Assembly: GCA_025465135.1 (NCBI GenBank)
Contig: JAODNA010000064.1
Location: 35 to 64,034 of the forward strand
Length of the DNA stretch: 64,000 nt
Reading direction: 5' to 3'
From: Frankiales bacterium
Lineage (GTDB): Bacteria > Actinomycetota > Actinomycetes > Mycobacteriales > SCTD01
Position numbers and translations under genes: made by a program. Below, piece by piece: positions 54,701 to 63,544 of the stretch (its first letter is position 1; every line of letters starts with the position of its first letter). The notes under the pieces are model-generated. The model saw only the letters and a program-made list of their open reading frames with translations, did no database searches and was not told where the DNA came from.

Positions 54701-57130
54701 AACAACGACGTGATCACCGCGTCGTACAGCAGCCTCGCCGGCCTGACGTCACCCATCGGCGGCTATGTCATCGACGCGACGCTGACCGGTGCGGATCTGG
54801 GCAACTACGAGCTCAGCAACGTGTCCGGGATGCTCACGGTCAGCAAGGCCACGCTCTTGGTGACCCCCGGCGACCAGGGTCGGCCGTACGGCGACCCCGA
54901 CCCCGCCTTCGCCTCGGTCATCAGCGGCCTCGCCACCGGCGACGCCCTCGTGTCGGCACCGGTCTGCTCGGTGGTCGTCACTCACGTCAACGTCGGCCAG
55001 TACCCGATCACCTGCCGCGGGACTGACGCTGGCTCGAACTACACCGTCGACGAGACGCCGACAGCGATTCTCACCATCGACACCGCCCCGCTCACGGTGA
55101 TGGCGGACAACCAGACCCGCGCCTATGGGCAGCCGAACCCAGAGCTGACCTATGCGGTCACGGGCCTGCACGCTCCGGACCAGCTCACGGCGCCGGCCGC
55201 CTGCTCGGTCAGCGGCGACACAGCGGTCGGGTCCTTCCCGATCAGGTGCGAGGGTGCCGCTGCAGGCCAGAACTACTCGATCAGCTACGTCGAGGGCTCG
55301 CTCAACGTCACCCGGGCCGTGGCCACCGTCACAGCGGATGGAGCCTCGACGATCTACGGAAAGCCGGCGCCGGCCTTCACCTCCCACACAGCCGGGTTGG
55401 TGCCGGGCGACAGCATGACCGCTCAGCCGAGGTGCGCCGTGACCGGACCGCACACGGCCGCCGCCGCCTACTCGATCACCTGCGACGGCGCAAACGCAGG
55501 CGGCAACTACACGATCGTGTACGTCGACGGCACCTACACCGTCACGAAGGCGCCGGGCGTCGTCACCCCGAACCCGCAGACCAAGGTCTTCGGTGACAAG
55601 GACCCGGCGTTCAGCTACTCCGTCTCCGGGCTCCTGCCTGGTGAGTCGCTGGCGACCGAGCCGACCTGCGCTGTCGTGGGTGCCCACGCGAACGTGGCCA
55701 GCTACGACATCGGCTGCTCCGGTGCCGATGGTGGGAGCAACTACAGCGTCGACCAGAAAGCCACCGCGCCGCTCTTGGTCACGCGCAAGGCGGTCTCGCT
55801 GACGCCGAACAACCAGAGCACGACGTACGGCGACGCGGACCCGACGTTCACCTACAACGTCGCCGGCCTGCTCGGGGACGACAACCTCGTCACCGCGCCG
55901 ACGTGCAGCGTGGTCGGCCCGCACTCCCAGGCCGGTCAATACCCGATCACCTGCACGGGTGCAGACGCTGGTGGCAACTACACGGTCACCGCCACCGAGG
56001 CCACCCTGACCGTCAACCAGGCCGTCGTGACGGTCACGCCCGGCGACAAGACCCGGGTCTACGGCGCGGCAGACCCGGCCTTCACGCCCATCCTGACCGG
56101 GCTCGTCGGGGGCGACACGCTCCCGACCGCGCCGACCTGCACGGTTCGCGGTGCGCACATCAACGTCGGTAGCTACCCGATCGCTTGCGCCGGCGCTGCC
56201 GGCGGCCGCAACTACATCGTGGATCAGTCGGCGACCGCCGTTCTCACGGTGACGAAGGCCCCGCTCAGCGTCGTGGCGAACAGCTTCACCCGCCTGTACG
56301 ACCAGGCGAACCCACCCTTCAGCGGTCAGGTGACGGGCGTCGTCAACGGCGACAGCATCGACGCTGCGTACAGCAGCGCCGCCGGCAAGACGACCGACGT
56401 CGGGGCCTACGGCATCACCGCAGCGCTGTCGGGTGCGGCGCTGGGCAACTACGCCGTCACCAACACGCCGGGCACGCTGACCATCAACCAGATGGGCACC
56501 GTCCTGACGATCACGAGCTCCGCTGCTCAGCAGCTCGGTGGCGCAGTGCCGATCACGGCTCAACTCACCGAGGCCGCGGGCGGCGCCGCGATCAGCACGC
56601 AACCGGTGACGATCACGGTCAACGGCGGGTCGAAGACGGCAAGCGGCAACCCCGCGACAGCCAGCTTCGCCCTGGCTAACGGCAGCTACCCCGTGACAGC
56701 AAGCTTCGCCGGCTCGAAGAACTACCTGAGCTCTGCTGCCTCTCAGACGCTCGTCGCCTTCCAGCGGACCGGGTTCGTCATCTGGGGCGGCAACGTCGGG
56801 GGCGTCGCGCCTGGCAGCACGGTGAGCTTCTGGGGCTCGAAGTGGTTCGACCAGGTCGTGAGCGGCAACGCGCAGCCCGCCAACGAGTTCAAGGGCTTCG
56901 CGAGCACCGTGACCGCGACCGGCTGGAACAGCACCGGCGGGGCCTCGAGCGGACCGCCGGCGACCATCGGCCAGTACGTGTCGGTGATCGTGGCGACCAG
57001 CCTGACCAAGAGCGGCAGCACGATCGCGGGCAATATCAGCAAGGTAGCGGTCGTGAAGGTCACGAACCCGGACAGCTACCGGCCGAGTCCCGGTGCTACG
57101 ACCTCCGGCACGGTGTCCAGCCTGAGCTAG
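51743..57130 (+). CDS. giant secreted MBG-repeat protein with an Ig (Big_1-like) domain
   Basis: Signal region ending ATAASA; 15 x T(V/I)TA..xT..YG..P repeats; distinct C-terminal domain (FVIWGG..FWGSKW..FKGF). Confidence 0.88.
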   Translation: MLRTSPTRTAPDGAAPSASATGRAPGGSGRQGGGRWRAIIASVAMLAASGAATTLTATAASATTPVPKVLINTATVSNGSSSLEAQQAAAAGFAVTFVSGAQWGAMTAADFGQYDALVVGDPTCGSVDASVTNNVSTWAPVVMGKAGGRTLAGNRVVVGTDPVFHRVYSGRTGADHLIQDGIAFAGAQPGRTGVYFDITCGGTPASITGALGALSAGTGAWTGGATSCGNNVSKIASNSKFDSLTSADMQAWGCSIHETFASWASDWYPLAIDIDSVAKPVCGNDTTSHAAVCGTPYILIAGSDIVVTSPNLKLTPATATNPAGSTHTVTANVLRAGAPLVGQQVTFSVTGINAGATGTCGTNANCTSDASGNVSFTYTDTNGAGDDTVTAAFRDSATGSNQSATAAVHWSAAPQTITVTPANRTITYGGSEPVFTSTSASSGSHTLTTPATCSVAGAHVNVGTYTITCSGATAPSGDTIVYNTGTLTINPAPFTVTAKNQTVAYGATVPVLDTVITGLPAGVTVNGPSCSTAASPPAGSYPITCSAADAGPNYRASYIDGTLTVVRAPATITADSKTRPYGAPNPELTYAVSGLQGSDALRVPPTCAVSGGMNAGTAPITCVGASAGPNYTLSYAPGSLTVSPAVITVTADSVSSTYGDKAPDFTATVRGLVAGDALRTPPSCDVSVPHTGANAYVVACSGADAGTNYTINYVNGTYTVAKANGIVTPDPKTRLYGAPDPTFTYSVSGLLAGESLTREPTCQVGVAHTDAGSYGIACTGADGGDNYTVDETATAPLVVQPRPMSVVPNNVTTTYGTAPIFTWTTDGLLTGDALIAPAVCGVEGEHSAAGTYPITCTGADAGGNYAIAVTKATLTVQPKNVTVTPSDATRVYGAADPAFTPSIDGLVGADSLPTPPSCSVMSAHDVVGSYDIVCAGADGGNNYTVNQAATATLTVTRAPLSVVADSFSRHYNQANPTFTGKVDGAVNNDVITASYSSLAGLTSPIGGYVIDATLTGADLGNYELSNVSGMLTVSKATLLVTPGDQGRPYGDPDPAFASVISGLATGDALVSAPVCSVVVTHVNVGQYPITCRGTDAGSNYTVDETPTAILTIDTAPLTVMADNQTRAYGQPNPELTYAVTGLHAPDQLTAPAACSVSGDTAVGSFPIRCEGAAAGQNYSISYVEGSLNVTRAVATVTADGASTIYGKPAPAFTSHTAGLVPGDSMTAQPRCAVTGPHTAAAAYSITCDGANAGGNYTIVYVDGTYTVTKAPGVVTPNPQTKVFGDKDPAFSYSVSGLLPGESLATEPTCAVVGAHANVASYDIGCSGADGGSNYSVDQKATAPLLVTRKAVSLTPNNQSTTYGDADPTFTYNVAGLLGDDNLVTAPTCSVVGPHSQAGQYPITCTGADAGGNYTVTATEATLTVNQAVVTVTPGDKTRVYGAADPAFTPILTGLVGGDTLPTAPTCTVRGAHINVGSYPIACAGAAGGRNYIVDQSATAVLTVTKAPLSVVANSFTRLYDQANPPFSGQVTGVVNGDSIDAAYSSAAGKTTDVGAYGITAALSGAALGNYAVTNTPGTLTINQMGTVLTITSSAAQQLGGAVPITAQLTEAAGGAAISTQPVTITVNGGSKTASGNPATASFALANGSYPVTASFAGSKNYLSSAASQTLVAFQRTGFVIWGGNVGGVAPGSTVSFWGSKWFDQVVSGNAQPANEFKGFASTVTATGWNSTGGASSGPPATIGQYVSVIVATSLTKSGSTIAGNISKVAVVKVTNPDSYRPSPGATTSGTVSSLS
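52981..56490 (+). repeat. 15 MBG-like repeats, with units 3-8 duplicated as units 10-15
   Basis: Unit-by-unit comparison of the translation; boundaries approximate. Confidence 0.8.
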
Positions 57131-57151
57131 TCCGCAGCAGTCCCAGTCCCA

Positions 57152-57186
57152 CCGAGAGCGGCGCCGGAACCCGGCGCCGCTCTCGG
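57152..57186. terminator. hairpin terminator between convergent genes
   Basis: CCGAGAGCGGCGCCGG-AAC-CCGGCGCCGCTCTCGG perfect 16-bp stem. Confidence 0.8.
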
Positions 57187-57225
57187 CGTTCGGTCACCTC
57201 GGAGTAGGAGCCGGCGGCGGCTGGG

Positions 57226-57327
57226 CTAGCGGTCGTCGCGCAGGAGTCGGTAGACGAGGTAGATCGCGCCCGCCCCGAGTGCGAGCAGCGCGGCCACCAG
57301 GACGAGTCCGTGCACGACGCCGATCAC
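57226..57327 (-). CDS. 33-aa single-TM small membrane protein (not in the ORF track)
   Basis: Translated by hand: MIGVVHGLVLVAALLALGAGAIYLVYRLLRDDR; divergent from DsrE. Confidence 0.6.
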   Translation of the reverse strand: MIGVVHGLVLVAALLALGAGAIYLVYRLLRDDR

Positions 57328-57350
57328 CCGCGCACCGTAACGTTCGGGCC

Positions 57351-57710
57351 ATGAGGCGGCTGGTGGTGAAGGCCACAGCAGGCGCGGACGCGCCGGAGCG
57401 GTGCGCCCAGGCCTTCACGGTCGCCGCGATGGCCATCGCCGCGGGCGCGGAGGTCTCGCTCTGGCTCACCGGCGAGGCCAGCTGGTTCGCCCTGGAAGGC
57501 CGTGCGGAGGCCTTCGCGCTGCCGCACAGCGCGCCACTCGCGGAGCTTCGCGACGCCGTGCTGGCCGGTGGCCGGGTCGTGCTCTGCACCCAGTGCGCCA
57601 CCCGTCGCGGGATCAGCAGCGAGGACCTGCTCCCGGCAGTGGTCGTGGCGGGTGCGGCAGCCTTCGTCGAAGAGGTCCTGGCCGAGGGCACGCAGGCCCT
57701 CGTCTACTGA
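57351..57710 (+). CDS. DsrE family protein
   Basis: ERCAQAFTVAA, SLWLTGE, CTQC..RRG, ALVY end. Confidence 0.88.
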   Translation: MRRLVVKATAGADAPERCAQAFTVAAMAIAAGAEVSLWLTGEASWFALEGRAEAFALPHSAPLAELRDAVLAGGRVVLCTQCATRRGISSEDLLPAVVVAGAAAFVEEVLAEGTQALVY

Positions 57711-58747
57711 TCCTCGTCGTCCTCGTCGCGCCGCCGGCTGCGCTTCTTGGCGAAGAACCAGAAGAAGAACAGCAGGACGAGCAGGATGCCGATCAGCCCA
57801 CCGGCGATCGGGATCAGGACGCGACGGTCCTTCGCGAGCGGGATGTTCTTGGCCTTCACCGGTGGCGCCTTCGCCCCGGCCGCGTCGGGCCAGGTCAAGG
57901 GGGCCTCCGCCCGACGCTGGAGCAAGCCGGAGTGCAGGGTCAGGCGGGCGGTCCACGGGCCGCCGCGGATCGCCGTGGCCAGCGGGACGACCACCGGCTC
58001 CGTGTCACCGGGTGCGAGCGTCGTGCCGAGCGTGGCGGGATACGGGCCGCCCGACAGGCCACCGGGTCCGTCGCGGAGCGTGAGCACCCCGGACATGTCC
58101 AGGGCGCGGTCACCGGTGTTGTGCACCTGCGCGGTGGCGAGGGGCGTGCCGTCCGCCGCGCGCGAGGCCTGCAGCGTGTCGATGGTGAAGTCGCTGCGGG
58201 GCGCGCGCGGACCGCCGACGTCGAGGTAGACCCGGATGCCCACGCGGCTCGCGACCGCCACTCCGCTCCTGGTCGGGCGGGCCGGCAGCTCGGCCAGCAG
58301 CACGGCGTACCGCTCGGCGCCCGTTGCGGACGCGGGGATGGCGAACGAGGCGGTGGCGAAGCGCTGCTCGCCCGAGGGGACGGTGACGACAGCCGGCGCG
58401 ACCGCGATCCAGGACGACAGCTCGTTGTCCGCGCGTCCCTCGACGATCGTGAAGGTTCCGTTGGCGATCCCCGCGGCGCCGGCGTACAGGCGGACCGTGA
58501 TGGGCTGGCTGGTGCCGTTGCACACCCTGAACCGGCGCGTGAAGCGGGCGCCCGGCTGCACGTGGTCGATCACGTAGCTGTGCGCCCGAGGGTCGCGGAC
58601 CGTGCCCGGGACGTCGGCCAAGCCGATGCCGAGGCCGGGGTTGCAGACGCCTACGCGAGGAGGCGCTGCGGTCGCCGGCATGCCGGGAGCCGCCGCGAGG
58701 ATCGCGGCGGCTCCCAGAACGAGAAGGAAGGTGCGCTTACGAGACAC
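57704..58747 (-). CDS. DUF916-like (WxL-partner-like) membrane-anchored surface protein A
   Basis: Signal peptide; YVIDHVQPG, NELSSW, ERYAV, RVGIRVYL, HNTG.RALD; C-terminal TM + KKRSRRR. Confidence 0.78.
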   Translation of the reverse strand: MSRKRTFLLVLGAAAILAAAPGMPATAAPPRVGVCNPGLGIGLADVPGTVRDPRAHSYVIDHVQPGARFTRRFRVCNGTSQPITVRLYAGAAGIANGTFTIVEGRADNELSSWIAVAPAVVTVPSGEQRFATASFAIPASATGAERYAVLLAELPARPTRSGVAVASRVGIRVYLDVGGPRAPRSDFTIDTLQASRAADGTPLATAQVHNTGDRALDMSGVLTLRDGPGGLSGGPYPATLGTTLAPGDTEPVVVPLATAIRGGPWTARLTLHSGLLQRRAEAPLTWPDAAGAKAPPVKAKNIPLAKDRRVLIPIAGGLIGILLVLLFFFWFFAKKRSRRRDEDDEDQ

Positions 58748-59318
58748 TCTGCGTGACGGTACCGGTGTAGACCCCGCCCGGCTGGTCAGCAGGCACCGTG
58801 AGCCGCAGCATGGGCACGAACGTGACGACGCTGGGCCCCGTCGCCACCGCAGTGACGAGGTTCGCGCCGTTCGCCACCGGAGCGTTGGCGCCGCTCGCCG
58901 TCGTACCGTTGGAGTAGGTGAGGGCCGCCAGACCGGGAACGGTGCCGGTCGGGTTCACGTAGAACTTGGCACCGGCGGCCGGGATCGCGGCGGGACCGGC
59001 CACGGCGGGCGTGAACTGGCTTGCGGTCGCCTTCGAGGTCCAGCCGGCCGATGACAGACGCGTGTCCGTGACGACGGTCGGACCGAGGTTCACGTCCGCA
59101 AGAGCACTCGCCGCGGCGGTGACGGTGCCCGATGTGCCGACGGCTGTTGGCGAGACGAGGATCGACAGGCTGCCGTCGATGACGGTCACGCTGACCGTCG
59201 TGCAGTTGCCCGCGAGGGTCTGCGCCGCGGTGCACGTGTCGGCGTTCGCAGGTGCCGCCAGCAGCGCCAGCCCGGCAACGGCAGCCGCCGCGGCGGCGAC
59301 GAGGTTGGCCTTACGCAT
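58737..59318 (-). CDS. WxL-like secreted beta-rich protein A
   Basis: Signal peptide; GSLSI, VTDTR..AGW, PMLRLTVP, GVYTGTVTQSV. Confidence 0.72.
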   Translation of the reverse strand: MRKANLVAAAAAAVAGLALLAAPANADTCTAAQTLAGNCTTVSVTVIDGSLSILVSPTAVGTSGTVTAAASALADVNLGPTVVTDTRLSSAGWTSKATASQFTPAVAGPAAIPAAGAKFYVNPTGTVPGLAALTYSNGTTASGANAPVANGANLVTAVATGPSVVTFVPMLRLTVPADQPGGVYTGTVTQSVS

Positions 59319-59857
59319 GATTGCTCCTGTGCGGCAGTCTGCGTCACGATCTGTGACCTCTCCACCATCGGCGCCCCACTGACCCAGCCGTATGACGAGG
59401 ACTAGCCATCTTGACTAGGCCGTACGGCGCAAACAGGTGAGCCGGCTTGTCCGGATCACGGTCGTTTCGTGGCAGCAGACGTGGCGCCGTCGTCGCTCGT
59501 CGCGCCGGCGGCCGTACTGCAGCACCACCAGTAAGAGAGCCTCGGCACGAGCCGGCCAGCTGGCGATGACCGGGACGGCCGCCGGGTCATCGCAGGTGGC
59601 CCCTGACCGCCGTCCCTGACGACTCCGGGAAGGCCCGGCCAGGACAGGCGCGGCCGGGTCGTGGCGCCTGGTTCGGCGTACGCAACTCAGGACATCGCCA
59701 TCCCTAGTGCCGCGAACTCAGGAGCAAACGGAGTAGCGCGCTCGACTGAGCGGCGTCTTTCCGAGATGACTACAAGAGACCATGCGGATGGGGGAGGTGA
59801 ACCCCGATGCAGTTAGGGCGATCGGAAAACTCCGACTAACCCAGAAGGACACCCACC

Positions 59858-60409
59858 ATGCGTCGTATGAAGACCGTCTCCGCCGTCATCGCCGCCGCGA
59901 GCCTCGCGATGGTGGGCTTCGGTGCCACCGCGGCCAACGCCGCGTCCGGTTCGACCACCGCGACCTTCACGGTCAACGGAACGGGCCTGAGCATCTCCGT
60001 TCCCGGCACCGCCACCCTCGGCAGTGCCAACACGGGCGCCGCCAGCGTCCTCGGTGCGCCGCTCGGCGCCGTCACCGTCACGGACGGCCGCGGCCTCCTG
60101 CTCGCCACCTGGGCAACCACCGTGTCGACCACGACCTTCACGACCGGCTCGGGTGCGGCGACGAACCAGCAGGTCACCGCTGCCAACGTCACGTACAACC
60201 CGGGCCTGCTGGCCAGCGCGACCACGACGGGTACCGGCGTCTTCGTCCCGGGCACGCCCGGGGCGATCAGCGGCGGCCTCACTGCCGGCTCCTGGACCGT
60301 CGGCTCGGGTAACAACACTGCAAGCTGGAACCCGACGCTGTCGTTCACACTGGCGTCCGACCAGGTTGCCGGCACCTACACCGGAACGGTCACTCACTCG
60401 GTGACGTAG
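59858..60409 (+). CDS. WxL-like secreted beta-rich protein B
   Basis: Signal peptide; GLSISVP, VTVTDGRG..W, SWNPTL, AGTYTGTVTHSV. Confidence 0.78.
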   Translation: MRRMKTVSAVIAAASLAMVGFGATAANAASGSTTATFTVNGTGLSISVPGTATLGSANTGAASVLGAPLGAVTVTDGRGLLLATWATTVSTTTFTTGSGAATNQQVTAANVTYNPGLLASATTTGTGVFVPGTPGAISGGLTAGSWTVGSGNNTASWNPTLSFTLASDQVAGTYTGTVTHSVT

Positions 60410-60425
60410 CGGTACAACTACCTGC

Positions 60426-61463
60426 ATGAAGAAGGTTCTCGTCGTACTGCTGGTGGCCGGGGCTCTCGCCCCGGCCACTGGCGCGTTCGCAGCACCTGGC
60501 CCGAGCAGCGGCGGGGTCAGCATCCGATTGGGTGAGGCGCCCGTCGCACGCCGAGCCGACCCGCGCGCGAACAGCTACATCATCGACCATGTCAAACCGG
60601 GCACGAGCATCCAGCGCAAGGTCATCGTCACCGACAACGCCAAGCAACCGCTGACTGTCTCTCTGTACAGCGGAGCAGCTGAGATCAAGTCCGGCGAGTT
60701 CTTCCCGTCGGCCGGGCGCACCGCCAATGAGCTGTCTTCCTGGACCACCGTGTCGACCCCTTCCGTCAGTCTCCAGCCCGGCGCCGAGCAGACCGTCGAA
60801 GCGACGATCGCGGTGCCCGCCAAGGCGTCATCGGGTGAGCGGTACGCCGTGGTCTGGGCCGAGATCAAGTCGTCCGGCTCAAGCGGAGTCATCCAGGCAA
60901 ACCGCGTAGGCATCCGCATCTACCTCTCGGTCGGCCCCGGCGGTGAGCCACCCAGTGACTTCACCGTCGACACGCTGCAGGCGAACCGGTTGCCGGACGG
61001 TCAGCCTGTGGTCTATGCCCTCGTCCACAACACCGGCGGCCGCGCTCTCGACATGAGCGGCTCGCTGCAGCTCACCAAGGGCCCGGGTGGCCTGAGCGCG
61101 GGCCCCTTCCTGGCGAAGCTGGGGACGACGCTGGGGATCAAGGACACCGAGCCGGTGACCGTCCTGCTCGACAAGGCCTTGCCGGCCGGACCCTGGTCGG
61201 CACGGATCGATCTCGTGAGCGGTCTGACCAAGCGCGCGGCAACGGCCACGATCACGTTTCCCGCCGCAGCGGGAGCGGGCAATGACGCCAGCGCCGCTCC
61301 GGTGGTGCTGCAGCAGAACAGCTCGAAGCGCGGGCTGCCGCTGGTCCCCATCCTGGCCGGCGTCGGCGGCGCAGCAGTGCTGGGCTTCCTGGTCCTGGTC
61401 GTGTTCAAGCGGCCGAAGCGTCGCGGTGCGAAGGGCGGATCGCACGCGCGGCATGGTCGCTGA
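60426..61463 (+). CDS. DUF916-like (WxL-partner-like) membrane-anchored surface protein B
   Basis: Paralog of 57704-58747: YIIDHVKPG, NELSSW, RVGIRIYL, HNTGGRALD; C-terminal TM + basic tail. Confidence 0.78.
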   Translation: MKKVLVVLLVAGALAPATGAFAAPGPSSGGVSIRLGEAPVARRADPRANSYIIDHVKPGTSIQRKVIVTDNAKQPLTVSLYSGAAEIKSGEFFPSAGRTANELSSWTTVSTPSVSLQPGAEQTVEATIAVPAKASSGERYAVVWAEIKSSGSSGVIQANRVGIRIYLSVGPGGEPPSDFTVDTLQANRLPDGQPVVYALVHNTGGRALDMSGSLQLTKGPGGLSAGPFLAKLGTTLGIKDTEPVTVLLDKALPAGPWSARIDLVSGLTKRAATATITFPAAAGAGNDASAAPVVLQQNSSKRGLPLVPILAGVGGAAVLGFLVLVVFKRPKRRGAKGGSHARHGR

Positions 61464-61469
61464 GGCACC

Positions 61470-62000
61470 TCATACGACGCTGTGCGTGATCGTGCCGCTG
61501 TAGGTGCCGGCAACGTTGCCGGCGCCGACGGCAACGGAGATCTGCGGGTTCCACGACACCGAGGTGCTTGCTGCGATCGACGTTCCGGTGCAGCTGAACG
61601 CCGTCTGGGCCACCGCGAGGGTGACGGCGACCGTCTGACCGGCAACGCACGCGCCGGCCGCGAAGCCGCTGGTCGCCGTCGCCGATCGGGAGAGGTAGGA
61701 AACCGACGACGCAGGCACCCGCTCGGCCGCTGAACCCGCACCGGTGGAGAAGCCCGACGTCGAGACGGTTGCCGTCCACGTGGCGACGTGCGGCAACGTC
61801 GAGGAGGTCGCCACCGTGATGGTGCCGAGGCTGGCAGTGATGGTCCGCGCGCCGGTGGCGACCGACCCGAACGACGCCGAGCCAGGCACGGAGATCGACA
61901 GACCCGGCGCCGATGCGTAGGCGGGCGGCGTCGGCAGGACGAGGGCAGCACAGAGCAGGCCGACGGCGATGCCGCCGACACGGACCCGGCCGCGGCGCAT
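61470..62000 (-). CDS. WxL-like secreted beta-rich protein C
   Basis: Signal peptide; GLSISVP, SWNPQI, AGTYSGTITHSV. Confidence 0.75.
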   Translation of the reverse strand: MRRGRVRVGGIAVGLLCAALVLPTPPAYASAPGLSISVPGSASFGSVATGARTITASLGTITVATSSTLPHVATWTATVSTSGFSTGAGSAAERVPASSVSYLSRSATATSGFAAGACVAGQTVAVTLAVAQTAFSCTGTSIAASTSVSWNPQISVAVGAGNVAGTYSGTITHSVV

Positions 62001-62056
62001 TCCGACCTGCCTCCTTCCCGTCGTACATCGTCCGCTATGGCGCCGCGCATGAGCGG

Positions 62057-62101
62057 AAAAAAGCGACGGCCCGGCTCCCCTTTCGGGAAACCGGGCCGTC
62101 G
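62057..62101 (-). terminator. intrinsic terminator of the cysA-sseC operon
   Basis: CGACGGCCCGG...CCGGGCCGTCG stem with an A6 run (U-tract on the minus strand). Confidence 0.8.
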
Positions 62102-62112
62102 TGCGTCGCGTG

Positions 62113-62414
62113 CTAGGCGGGGACCTCGACGTCGGTCTCGACGACGTCGCCGAGAACCGCGGTCACCGCCGTGTCGAGGGGCGCCGCCTTCGGGGCGAGC
62201 GTGCGCAGCGTCCAGTCGCCCGGAGCGGCGAAGAAGCGAAACGCCCCCGTCGCCGACGTGACGACCTCCGCGGTGAACTCCCCACTGCTGTCGAGCAGCC
62301 GGACGTAGGCGCCGCCGAGCGGCGAGCCACCGCGCGACACCGTCCCCTGCACGATCGATTCCTTGGCCACGTCAATGCCTTCCAGGTCGAGGGTCTGCGC
62401 GGGGGCTCCGCACA

Positions 62415-62415
<1 letters not shown>
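62113..62415 (-). CDS. sseC: DUF1416 / SseC protein
   Basis: MCGAP, GAYVRLLDSSGEFTAEV, FRFFAAPG.W; coupled to the sulfurtransferase. Confidence 0.9.
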
Positions 62416-63251
<836 letters not shown>

Positions 63252-63437
63252 AACGTCGTTTTCTCCTCTAGATGGTGGTGGTCACGCCAAGCGGCGGACC
63301 ACCGCGGGGAACGTCAAAGATCGGAATGCTGAGCATCGCCCAGGTGGGCCGTGCGGCGCCAGAGGCATCACGCACGAAGTGCTCCAGTACATCAGCACAC
63401 GAAGTGCGCGCGAAGTGCGATCGGATGCGCAGGTGCG

Positions 63438-63524
63438 TCAGCGGACGCGGGTGCCCGGTCGACACAGGCAGCTGCCCACGCGGCACAGGTCGACCGCGCG
63501 GCGGGAGGTGAGGCGAATGCCCAT
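63438..63524 (-). CDS. Cys-rich leader peptide (Ms5788A-like attenuator sORF)
   Basis: Translated by hand: MGIRLTSRRAVDLCRVGSCLCRPGTRVR; TAGTCT -10 element 7 nt before ATG (leaderless). Confidence 0.85.
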   Translation of the reverse strand: MGIRLTSRRAVDLCRVGSCLCRPGTRVR

Positions 63525-63544
63525 AGCCCACAGACTACCGGCGG

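Noticed and set aside
51797-56602. Long - strand ORFs (671 and 617 aa)
   Set aside because: Antisense shadows of the MBG gene with no motifs
59782-60312. 176-aa alternative-frame ORF over WxL-like gene B
   Set aside because: Arg/His-rich frame shadow; the 59858 frame has an RBS, a signal peptide and paralogs
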